Notes under the pieces: model-generated
What the model was told of the DNA's origin: nothing
What the model saw: the letters and a program-made list of their open reading frames with translations, nothing else
Databases searched by the model: none
Made by a program: the position numbers and the translations under genes
DNA from: an uncultured Bacteroidales bacterium
GTDB lineage: Bacteria > Bacteroidota > Bacteroidia > Bacteroidales > ML635J-15
Reading direction: 5' to 3'
Length of the DNA: 36,137 bases
NCBI GenBank assembly: GCA_964579045.1
Contig: CAZOHR010000003.1
Span: 1 to 36,137 of the forward strand
Shown here: piece after piece, positions 1 to 6,917 of the stretch
Layout: each line of letters opens with the position of its first letter
Numbering within the stretch: position 1 is the stretch's first letter

Positions 1-1
1 A

Positions 2-253
2 TTGACTTACATAGGGGCGATACAGACTAAGAGCAGGAGCGAGGGTATGTTCGAGCAAAAGCTTAACTACTTAACCGAACAGATGGAAAAACTGTTAAGG
101 CAGAACGACAGGTTGGTTATCGTAGAGCAGTCCTTGGATACGGCGTGGAAACGCATTGACGAGCATAGTGCATCTCACAAATGTATGACGGATATACTTA
201 ATGACATTGAAAAGCGTTGTGCTACATATCACGGAAAGGAGAGCTTAAAATGA
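2..253 (+). CDS. hypothetical coiled-coil protein, possibly 5'-truncated at window edge
   Basis: The ORF is open to the window start. It is heptad-rich (EQKLNYLTEQMEKLLRQNDRL). Its stop TGA 251-253 overlaps the holin ATG at 250 (ATGA coupling). No TM segment is visible. Confidence 0.5.
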   Translation: MTYIGAIQTKSRSEGMFEQKLNYLTEQMEKLLRQNDRLVIVEQSLDTAWKRIDEHSASHKCMTDILNDIEKRCATYHGKESLK

Positions 254-468
254 TAAAACAAAAATTAGATTCGATATGCACTAAATTTCTGACTCGCATC
301 ACAAGTCCGTTTGTGTTAGTATCAATAATTGGTGGCTATATAGCTATGCTTGAAATTTTGAAAGCTATATCGAACCCCACTCCACTTGAAGTAAATATAG
401 CGGTTGCTACTTGGATTTACGGAATTGTTTCTGCGTTTAACAATCCAAATGACAAAAAGGGGTTTTGA
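250..468 (+). CDS. holin (phiLC3/SPP1-like small holin)
   Basis: RBS AAAGGAGAG lies 8 nt upstream of ATG 250. The 72-aa protein has two hydrophobic helices (FVLVSIIGGYIAMLEIL; IAVATWIYGIVSAF) and a polar C-terminus NNPNDKKGF. It sits immediately upstream of the endolysin. Confidence 0.75.
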   Translation: MIKQKLDSICTKFLTRITSPFVLVSIIGGYIAMLEILKAISNPTPLEVNIAVATWIYGIVSAFNNPNDKKGF

Positions 469-470
469 AA

Positions 471-1175
471 ATGTTTACATATATTCAAGATTTAATTGAT
501 AATAACAATAGGTCTCGAATTCCTTTAAAAAAGATACTTGGAGTAGTGGTGCACGAAACTGCTACTCCGAACGCAACCGATACAAATGAAAAGAAGTATT
601 TTAGCACTCCGAATAGAAAAGCATCAGCACACGCATTTGTGGATTGGGATAGCGTGACACAAATTATTCCTTATAATGAAATTTCGTGGCACGCAGGAAA
701 AACTGCGAATTCTATGTTTTTAGGAATCGAATTATGTCACGCAACAACGCAGGAACAATTTAATTCAGTATGGGAGAACGCTACAATGCTATTTGCAGAC
801 CTATTTGTGGACAATGCGGGCATTTATCAAGTTACACCATATAATCTGATGTCGCACGAAGAAGTGTCCGCAAAGTGGCACGAAACCGACCATAGCGACC
901 CCGTAGGTTATTTTGCTGAATATGGAAAAACTGTTGATGAATTCAGAGCAGATGTGCAAAAGGCTATAAATAAGAAGTGCAACTTCTTAATAGAGAGGAG
1001 TGTTGAAATGGCGAAAATCAAATTTGTTGGAGTTGGAAAAGACATAAAAATCTTTATAGATGAAAATGAAGTGGATTCAAATGGAATCATTGAGAGCAAT
1101 GGTGCTACTATTTGTATAAATACTGCAAAATTATTAAGAGATTTAGGGCATACAGTAGAGTGGGCAGAAAAATAA
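471..1175 (+). CDS. endolysin, N-acetylmuramoyl-L-alanine amidase (Amidase_2/PGRP fold) with C-terminal putative wall-binding domain
   Basis: Motifs VVHETATPN, ASAHAFVD, ISWHAGK and GIELCH, plus SHEEV...HSDP, are typical of zinc amidase_2. RBS AAAAGGGG is 8 nt upstream of ATG 471; the TTG at 465 is too close to the RBS. Confidence 0.9.
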   Translation: MFTYIQDLIDNNNRSRIPLKKILGVVVHETATPNATDTNEKKYFSTPNRKASAHAFVDWDSVTQIIPYNEISWHAGKTANSMFLGIELCHATTQEQFNSVWENATMLFADLFVDNAGIYQVTPYNLMSHEEVSAKWHETDHSDPVGYFAEYGKTVDEFRADVQKAINKKCNFLIERSVEMAKIKFVGVGKDIKIFIDENEVDSNGIIESNGATICINTAKLLRDLGHTVEWAEK

Positions 1176-1184
1176 ATTATAAAA

Positions 1185-1216
1185 AGGACTTATCAATCGA
1201 GATAAGCCCTTTTTTT
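1185..1216 (+). terminator. intrinsic terminator after lysis cassette
   Basis: AGGACTTATC-aatcga-GATAAGCCCT forms a hairpin with 9 of 10 pairs, followed by a T7 run. Confidence 0.8.
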
Positions 1217-1223
1217 ATGCACA

Positions 1224-1272
1224 ATTTATGCAGTATCTCCATATATACTGCATAAATATGCGTAAATAGGCA
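1224..1272. promoter_or_regulatory. TGCATAAAT dyad plus AAATAGG box (shared with 26754-26798)
   Basis: ATTTATGCA (1224-1232) and TGCATAAAT (1249-1257) are perfect 9-nt inverted repeats with a 16-nt spacer. TGCATAAATAT-N4-AAATAGG recurs in the 26.7-kb non-coding island. Confidence 0.45.
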
Positions 1273-1291
1273 TATTATATGTATATAAATA

Positions 1292-1346
1292 AATATTAAA
1301 AAATATTAAAAAAAGTATTGACAAGTAAGAAAATATATGATATTAT
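1292..1346 (+). promoter_or_regulatory. strong sigma-A type early promoter, copy 1 (UP-like A/T tract, TTGACA-17-TGaTATTAT)
   Basis: The -35 TTGACA is at 1318-1323, followed by a 17-nt spacer and an extended -10 TGa TATTAT at 1338-1346. Positions 1292-1324 are identical over 33 nt to 9361-9393. Confidence 0.8.
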
Positions 1347-1399
1347 GTAGACCAAGCATTAAATAATTCAAAAATTCAAATACAAAGGAGACCACAACG

Positions 1400-1570
1400 A
1401 TGGCTATTATTTTAACGAAGGCGTTACTTGAAGAAAAGATTGAGGAATGGTATGTAGAGCAAAAACCCGAAACGTTTTTCTTCCTTGCAGATGCACTTGA
1501 TTTTATTAAGTTGAGAGATATTCAACACCCGTTAATAGATAGAATTTCAAATATTATAGTGAATGGATAG
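1400..1570 (+). CDS. small hypothetical early protein (56 aa, below ORF-track cutoff)
   Basis: RBS AAAGGAG is 9 nt upstream of ATG 1400. My own translation gives MAIILTKALLEEKIEEWYVEQKPETFFFLADALDFIKLRDIQHPLIDRISNIIVNG*. It fills the gap between the promoter and the next ORF. Confidence 0.5.
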   Translation: MAIILTKALLEEKIEEWYVEQKPETFFFLADALDFIKLRDIQHPLIDRISNIIVNG

Positions 1571-1579
1571 GTGATTAAA

Positions 1580-1858
1580 ATGATGAAACAAACTTTCGTA
1601 CTAAATGATAAAACTTCACCCGAATTATTGGTAGTAAAGCAAAAATCCAAAAAGTATGATGCTATGACGATTCAAATTTCAGAGGTAGTTGATTTAGAAA
1701 GCGAATTCGCAACTGTTCAAAATGGAACCGCTACATTTCCGCTTAGATATATATATGAGGAAGTAGACGAAAATGATTTCATTTTCTATGCTCGATATAT
1801 GGACAAAGCGAACGTAGATAAATTTTATATTTGGTTCGACGAAAAGGAGATGAAATAG
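1580..1858 (+). CDS. hypothetical early protein
   Basis: The ORF spans 1571-1858. ATG 1580 has AGGTGA 6 nt upstream. It is tightly packed with its neighbours. Confidence 0.6.
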   Translation: MMKQTFVLNDKTSPELLVVKQKSKKYDAMTIQISEVVDLESEFATVQNGTATFPLRYIYEEVDENDFIFYARYMDKANVDKFYIWFDEKEMK

Positions 1859-1859
1859 T

Positions 1860-2075
1860 ATGGGATTCAAGCCAACGATTCACTTAAATCTTGCGGGTTG
1901 TGACGGTAATGCTTTCGTGATAATGGGGAAAACGATTAGACTTTTAAAGGAACGCAATAGATTTGATGATGTTGCAGAATATCAACGCAGAGCAACAGAG
2001 AGTGATTACGAGCATTTATTAGCAGTAACGAGAGAATATGTGGAAATAGTTGATACAAGTAAAAAGGAGAGTTAA
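1860..2075 (+). CDS. hypothetical early protein (71 aa)
   Basis: ATG lies 2 nt after the upstream stop, with AAGGAG upstream. The motif GNAFVIMGKT...ESDYEHLL resembles a recurrent small phage protein; this is from memory and unverified. Confidence 0.6.
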   Translation: MGFKPTIHLNLAGCDGNAFVIMGKTIRLLKERNRFDDVAEYQRRATESDYEHLLAVTREYVEIVDTSKKES

Positions 2076-2077
2076 AA

Positions 2078-2353
2078 ATGATTCAAGCTATACGAGAGTT
2101 GATAAACGCAGTAGATGATAAACGAGAACGAAGAATAAGCGGAAACCACAGTATGATTCGCAAAGGAAACGAAGTTAGATTTTACTACAAAGACGAATTG
2201 ATTTGCACCGCAAGTTATTGCGATATGAGGTTTAAGGCATATCCAAAATGCGGAATAATAAAAGGAGTCAACAACTACTATCACTACAATAAAGTGAAAC
2301 AAAATTATATTGAGTATTTTGGTAAAAAACGAGGATTCGCACAAAGACATTAA
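2078..2353 (+). CDS. hypothetical early protein (91 aa, Cys/His-containing)
   Basis: RBS AAAAAGGAGAG is 6 nt upstream of the ATG. Confidence 0.6.
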   Translation: MIQAIRELINAVDDKRERRISGNHSMIRKGNEVRFYYKDELICTASYCDMRFKAYPKCGIIKGVNNYYHYNKVKQNYIEYFGKKRGFAQRH

Positions 2354-2443
2354 AATTCGAAACGAGGGAAACCTCGTCTTGCAAGGTGGCTACTTGCAAC
2401 TGATGATTGATAGGCTGAATATATACGAAAGGAGAGTTTACGA

Positions 2444-2641
2444 ATGAAAAAGTGGCAGAAGATTTTACTTTGGGCAACATTTTTAGCACTCACTCCATAC
2501 GCATTTCGCATAGCTAACTTACATAGGGGATATGATGCGATTGGCGGAGAGATTTTCGTTCCTTTATTACCTTTGCTGATTATAGCATTGGTTGATACTG
2601 CAAAAGATTTCAATAAAAAACCAAGAGCTGAAAGGGGGTGA
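2444..2641 (+). CDS. small membrane protein (2 predicted TM helices)
   Basis: RBS AAAGGAGAG is upstream. Hydrophobic stretches are ILLWATFLALTPYAF and IFVPLLPLLIIALV. Confidence 0.6.
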   Translation: MKKWQKILLWATFLALTPYAFRIANLHRGYDAIGGEIFVPLLPLLIIALVDTAKDFNKKPRAERG

Positions 2642-2648
2642 AACCCGA

Positions 2649-2858
2649 ATGACATTAGGTGATTTCGTAAAGACAGAAAGAATCCGTAAAGGGCAAACGC
2701 AAAAAGCATTTGCAGATGAATGTGGAGTAACAATTCCTACGCTTATCTCGATTGAGAACAAAGAGAATTACGCTCCGACAACGCACACGATAGGCAAAAT
2801 CTTAACAGTGTGCGGACTGACTTATTCGCAAGCAAAAGAGTTTATCAACAATATCTAA
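2649..2858 (+). CDS. XRE-family helix-turn-helix DNA-binding protein
   Basis: IRKGQTQKAFADECGVTIPTLISIEN is a classic HTH_3 signature. RBS GGGGGTG lies upstream of ATG 2649, which is internal to track ORF 2592-2858. Confidence 0.75.
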   Translation: MTLGDFVKTERIRKGQTQKAFADECGVTIPTLISIENKENYAPTTHTIGKILTVCGLTYSQAKEFINNI

Positions 2859-2887
2859 AAAAATAAAAATTATGGGGGTATTTACAA

Positions 2888-3307
2888 ATGTCAAAGAAAG
2901 TATTTAGATTTGAGTCAGACGAAAAAAAACACACAATGGAAGTTGCTGGTATGGATTTAACTGATATGGTTATGGCTACTGCTGAAATGATTGGTGTAAT
3001 TTATAATAAAGTGTTAGCGGATTCGCCTAAACTTCAAGAAGATTACAAAAAAGCACTAATGAAAATGGCGGAAGATGAAATTGTTTTCGCAAAAAACGTA
3101 GAAGAACGCAATAAAAGGTTCAAGGAATCCGCCGACAAAATGCTCGAAGAAATGGATTTGAAAACAAAAGACTGTGATTGCAAAAATTGCAAAAGTACAA
3201 GAGAAAAAATCGAAAAAATAAAAAAATGGGGTTTTGATTTACAGGAAGATGCCGACGAATTTTCTAAAAAACTTGAAGGATTTTTCAAGCAGAACGCAAA
3301 GGGGTAG
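2888..3307 (+). CDS. hypothetical protein, charged/coiled-coil
   Basis: RBS GGGGG lies upstream of the ATG. The ORF is 139 aa and there is no competing frame. Confidence 0.6.
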   Translation: MSKKVFRFESDEKKHTMEVAGMDLTDMVMATAEMIGVIYNKVLADSPKLQEDYKKALMKMAEDEIVFAKNVEERNKRFKESADKMLEEMDLKTKDCDCKNCKSTREKIEKIKKWGFDLQEDADEFSKKLEGFFKQNAKG

Positions 3308-3313
3308 AATGAT

Positions 3314-4006
3314 ATGGAGATACTCAAAAGCGAAGATTTGGTTATACCAAAAATAATGGGAATAATATACGGAAACCCTGGGTCGGGAAAAACAACCGCA
3401 CTATCGAAAATTATCGCAGTATCGGAAGTGGAAGATGCACCGCCTAAAAAAACTCTAATTATAGATATTGATAATTCCACAAATGTTCTTCGTGGAATTG
3501 CAGGAATCGAAATAATCAAAATTGGTTTACAGATGAAAACTTGGTTGGAAGTTCTTGATTGGTTGGAACAAGGCGGTTACAAAGACTATGGATTGATTGG
3601 TATTGATAATTTGACGGAGCTTGAACATCAAATGCTCACGGAATATGGTAGAGTGGGAAAGAATGACGGAGCACCCGAAATTGGGCAATATAATAAAACT
3701 CAATTCAAGATAGTAGATTATGTCCGCAGATTGAGAGCTTTACCCGTAGATGTTATTATGACTGCTTGGGAAGATACAAAAGATACAATTTATGCTGACG
3801 GTAGTAAATACACAACCGCTATTCCAAAAACAAGCGGAAAATCAGTTGATGTGGTATGCGGATTGTGTAACTTGGTTGCTAAAATCGAGCAAGGAAAAGA
3901 ACAAAGGTATTTCAGATTAGAGGGCGATAATAGTAGATATGCGAAAGACCAAGTTTTCCGCAGAAAATATTGCACACTTGAAAATCTGATAAACGGTGGA
4001 GTGTAA
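3314..4006 (+). CDS. AAA_24 / Sak4-like RecA-family ATPase (phage recombination/annealing protein)
   Basis: Walker A is IIYGNPGSGKTT and a Walker B-like motif is LIGIDNLTELE. Size is about 230 aa. It has the typical synteny with a DUF669-like gene and a helicase. Confidence 0.8.
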   Translation: MEILKSEDLVIPKIMGIIYGNPGSGKTTALSKIIAVSEVEDAPPKKTLIIDIDNSTNVLRGIAGIEIIKIGLQMKTWLEVLDWLEQGGYKDYGLIGIDNLTELEHQMLTEYGRVGKNDGAPEIGQYNKTQFKIVDYVRRLRALPVDVIMTAWEDTKDTIYADGSKYTTAIPKTSGKSVDVVCGLCNLVAKIEQGKEQRYFRLEGDNSRYAKDQVFRRKYCTLENLINGGV

Positions 4007-4010
4007 AATT

Positions 4011-4322
4011 ATGGCAAAAGAAAAAACTGAATACGAACCGATAGAAGATAGAGAAGAATTTTTGCTCGTATTGAAAGAGCATTTAGATTACAAGCAAACT
4101 GAAAGGTTTATCAAAGACCAACTTGAAATTACTACTGCGAGAATCAAGCAATATGTGGGGAAAGATACTCAAACCACAATCGAGGAAATGGGAGTAGTGG
4201 TGAAATTTGAAACTAAATCACGCAAAGGTATAGATTCAAATAAACTAAAATCTGAATTTCCTGCAATTTACGCAAAAGTAGAATCAATTTCAACTTACGA
4301 ACAATTAAGTATCAAATATTAA
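4011..4322 (+). CDS. hypothetical protein
   Basis: ATG 4011 has GGTGGAGTG 6-7 nt upstream. It lies between the Sak4-like and SSB-like genes. Confidence 0.55.
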   Translation: MAKEKTEYEPIEDREEFLLVLKEHLDYKQTERFIKDQLEITTARIKQYVGKDTQTTIEEMGVVVKFETKSRKGIDSNKLKSEFPAIYAKVESISTYEQLSIKY

Positions 4323-4352
4323 AAAAAATACAAATGAAAAGAGGACGAGTAA

Positions 4353-4826
4353 ATGGCTGTTAGAGATTGGAAGTATAAAAAACCCGAGGACGATGGATTT
4401 GGTGAAATACCAGTTGGAGATTATCGTTGCAGAATTAAAGATGCGGTAATGGGTATTAGCAAAAGTAGTGGCAACGATATGATAACTCTTACATTGGAAT
4501 TGAGCGGTAAAAGTGGTTTCGTTTGGAATTACATTACTTTTCTCGAAGAAACTCCCGAAATAACGAATTCAATGCTTAACAAGTTATTCGATTCGTTTGG
4601 AATTGAAGAAGGTAATTTTGACTTCAAGAGTTGGATAGGCAAAGTTGGAGCTTGCAGAACTAAAAACGATGATTATGGAACGAAAGTTGCTTGGTTTATC
4701 GCAAAAGCAAAACAAGGAACTTTGCCCGCTTGGAAAGAACCAACCGCAAGAGCAGTAGTGGGTGCACCGCAACCCGATGCACAAGGATTCGCTCCTGTTC
4801 CAAAAGATGATGATTGCCCGTTTTAA
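4353..4826 (+). CDS. DUF669-like single-strand DNA-binding protein candidate with SSB-type acidic tail
   Basis: N-terminus is VRDWKYKK...IPVGDYRCRIKDA. The extreme C-terminus, KDDDCPF, mimics the bacterial SSB tail DDDIPF. It is in synteny with an AAA_24 gene. Confidence 0.7.
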   Translation: MAVRDWKYKKPEDDGFGEIPVGDYRCRIKDAVMGISKSSGNDMITLTLELSGKSGFVWNYITFLEETPEITNSMLNKLFDSFGIEEGNFDFKSWIGKVGACRTKNDDYGTKVAWFIAKAKQGTLPAWKEPTARAVVGAPQPDAQGFAPVPKDDDCPF

Positions 4827-4844
4827 TATAACGTAACAAATAGC

Positions 4845-4880
4845 ATAGAGTGGTAGAATTCCTGCCACTCTATAAATTTT
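4845..4880 (+). terminator. hairpin, weak intrinsic terminator or attenuator
   Basis: ATAGAGTGG (4845-4853) pairs perfectly with CCACTCTAT (4865-4873). It is followed by AAATTTT, a short T run. Confidence 0.45.
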
Positions 4881-4902
4881 AAACGAGAGGTAGAGAATTT
4901 AT

Positions 4903-5322
4903 ATGACTAATGTTAAAAGTGGCTCAAAGCTCGAAATTTTAGTTGCAGGACTATTGCAAAAAGAGAATTTTTGGGTACATATAATTGAAAAAGGGAAAGA
5001 CGGAAGTCAACCTGCCGACATAATAGTAGTTGGTGATTGTGATGCAGGACTTATTGACTGCAAAGTTTTAAGCAATAAAACAGGAAAATTTCCACTTTCG
5101 AGAGTAGAAGAAAACCAACACCTTGCATATAAAAAATGGGTTGCTTGTGGAAATTCAGAACGCAGTTTTGGTTTTGCGATTCAATGGAACAATGCAATTT
5201 ATATGGTTCTATATTCACAAATGGATTTTGCACAAAAGACTTTCGATTTAGCTATATTCGATAAACAAAAGAGGTGGATTTTAGATGAAAATAATAGTTG
5301 GAAAAAATATACGGATAAGTGA
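4903..5322 (+). CDS. PD-(D/E)xK nuclease, Hjc-like Holliday-junction resolvase candidate
   Basis: SKLEILVAG...PADIIVV...LIDCKVL fits an E...D...(D/E)xK arrangement. Its position in the recombination module supports the call. Confidence 0.6.
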   Translation: MTNVKSGSKLEILVAGLLQKENFWVHIIEKGKDGSQPADIIVVGDCDAGLIDCKVLSNKTGKFPLSRVEENQHLAYKKWVACGNSERSFGFAIQWNNAIYMVLYSQMDFAQKTFDLAIFDKQKRWILDENNSWKKYTDK

Positions 5323-6658
5323 TGCGAATACAGATATAGTAAATTATATTTCAAAAGAATTAGTTTTGCAGAATCCTAAGTTTGAAGAAAATTTGCGGTT
5401 GGGATATTCCAACTATGGAACGCAAGCAAAGTTATATTATTTCATCAAAAACGGAAACGATTTTATCATACCTTTTGGTTGCTTGCAGGATATTTGGAAA
5501 CTATATCCGTTTAAAGACTCATACGAGATAAACTTTGCAGAGCAGAGGGAAATTTCATACGAAAGTATTATAGATTTATATGATTACCAAAAAGTCGCAC
5601 AGAAGTCAATTTTGGAGCTTAGAAACGGTATAGTAGTTATGCCTTGTGGAAGTGGTAAAACTCAAACTGGGTTAGATACAATCGCAAAGATTGGCGGTAG
5701 AGCTTTGTGGATAACTCACACAATGGATTTGTTGAATCAATCATACGATAGAGCAAAGGCAAATTTTGAAAATATCGGGTTGGGGAAAATAACAGGCGGA
5801 AAGATTGACATAGGCACACACATCACTTTTGCTACGGTGCAAACACTTTACAAAATGAATCTATCGGAGTATCAAAACGAGTGGGATATAATCGTGATAG
5901 ATGAATGTCACAAAGTTGTTGGAACTCCTGCAAGTGCGGGTATGTTTTATAAAACGATAGACTCGTTATCTGCTCGTTATAAGATTGGTTTAACTGCTAC
6001 TCCGTATCGTTCCGCAAAAGGAACTGAAAAAGCTATGTTTTTTTTGATAGGACAAGTTATTTGCGAGATTCCACAAAGCGTAGTTAAAACTATGAAAGCA
6101 CGAATCAAAAAAGTTACTACGAAATTTCAAATAACTGGGGATTGTCAAAAAGGTGATGGCACCTTGGACTATTCGAAAATGACTAATAATTTGGGAGCAG
6201 ATGAAAAAAGAAACGAATTGATAGTTTCATATTTGAATGATAATAAAGACCATTACTGCTTAATTTTGAGCGATAGAGTGGCACATTTGAGAGAATTGTG
6301 CAACAGGGTAGGTGGAGTAATGTTGCTTGATGAAAAATTAAGTCCAAAATTGCAAAAAGAAACAAGACTAAAAGTGCTTGATAAATTAAGAAATAGAGAA
6401 GAACATTTTTTGTTTGCAACATATTCACTTGCGAAAGAGGGTTTGGATATTAAAAATATGGACAGGTTGTTTTTAACAATGCCTCGAAAAGACAAAGCTA
6501 CTATTATTCAAAGTGTAGGAAGAATCGAAAGAGAGTTAGACGGAAAAGATACTCCGATAGTTTATGATTTTGTAGACGATACAGGATTTCATAATAACCA
6601 ATGGAGAACTCGCAGGGCAATTTATAAGAAAAATGGTAACGAAATTATCGAATACTAA
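5285..6658 (+). CDS. SF2 DEAD/DEAH-box DNA helicase
   Basis: Motif I is MPCGSGKTQTG, motif II VIDECHK, motif III LTATPYR and motif VI QSVGRIER. RBS AGAGGTGG is upstream. It overlaps the upstream gene by 38 nt. Confidence 0.9.
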   Translation: MKIIVGKNIRISDANTDIVNYISKELVLQNPKFEENLRLGYSNYGTQAKLYYFIKNGNDFIIPFGCLQDIWKLYPFKDSYEINFAEQREISYESIIDLYDYQKVAQKSILELRNGIVVMPCGSGKTQTGLDTIAKIGGRALWITHTMDLLNQSYDRAKANFENIGLGKITGGKIDIGTHITFATVQTLYKMNLSEYQNEWDIIVIDECHKVVGTPASAGMFYKTIDSLSARYKIGLTATPYRSAKGTEKAMFFLIGQVICEIPQSVVKTMKARIKKVTTKFQITGDCQKGDGTLDYSKMTNNLGADEKRNELIVSYLNDNKDHYCLILSDRVAHLRELCNRVGGVMLLDEKLSPKLQKETRLKVLDKLRNREEHFLFATYSLAKEGLDIKNMDRLFLTMPRKDKATIIQSVGRIERELDGKDTPIVYDFVDDTGFHNNQWRTRRAIYKKNGNEIIEY

Positions 6659-6677
6659 TTTTTTTTATAACTTTATA

Positions 6678-6706
6678 TTGCCATTTATAACCTATTATGA
6701 TAAAAT
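6678..6706 (+). promoter_or_regulatory. sigma-A type promoter upstream of HTH/primase genes
   Basis: TTGCCA (6678-6683), a 17-nt spacer, then TGa TAAAAT (-10 at 6701-6706). Confidence 0.6.
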
Positions 6707-6737
6707 ATGCACTCAAAGGAAGAAAAGAGGTGATAAA

Positions 6738-6917
6738 ATGACAGAAAATTCCAAATTGTATAGAGCTGACGAAGTGGCGGAGATTTTAAACTTCAAGCCG
6801 AAAACAATAAAAAAATGGATAAAAGAGGGATTTGTTCAAGCGGTAAAAATTGGTAGCAGTTGGAGAATCGAACAAAGCGAAGTAGACAGATTAAAGAGAG
6901 GGAGTGTACGCAGATGA
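6738..6917 (+). CDS. HTH_17 / excisionase-MerR-like DNA-binding protein
   Basis: LYRADEVAEILNFKPKTIKKWIKEGFVQAVKIGSSWRI is a typical helix-turn-helix_17 signature. RBS AAGAGGTG lies upstream of ATG 6738. Confidence 0.7.
   Translation: MTENSKLYRADEVAEILNFKPKTIKKWIKEGFVQAVKIGSSWRIEQSEVDRLKRGSVRR

Noticed and set aside
2-253. XhlA-like lysis accessory protein, suggested by its position upstream of the holin.
   Set aside because: XhlA-type proteins carry a C-terminal transmembrane helix, and this ORF has none. Only the coiled-coil character and the position fit, so it is left as hypothetical.
1176-1399. tRNA or other structured RNA genes in the intergenic regions (also 9200-9470, 12004-12104, 14365-14532, 24133-24283 and 26474-26820).
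   Set aside because: I could fold no cloverleaf-compatible GC-rich stems or a GTTCGAATC-like T-loop by eye. The regions are dominated by A/T tracts, promoters and terminators. Running tRNAscan-SE or Infernal would be the definitive check.
3043-3519. 158-aa ORF on the minus strand. Similar long antisense ORFs occur at 2350-2733, 22501-22893, 29358-29738 and 34907-35383.
   Set aside because: Each lies antisense to a + strand gene that has recognisable motifs and a good RBS. The translations are low-complexity (Ser/Ile/Phe/Leu-rich), typical of stop-poor antisense frames in AT-rich DNA. No RBS or promoter is apparent.
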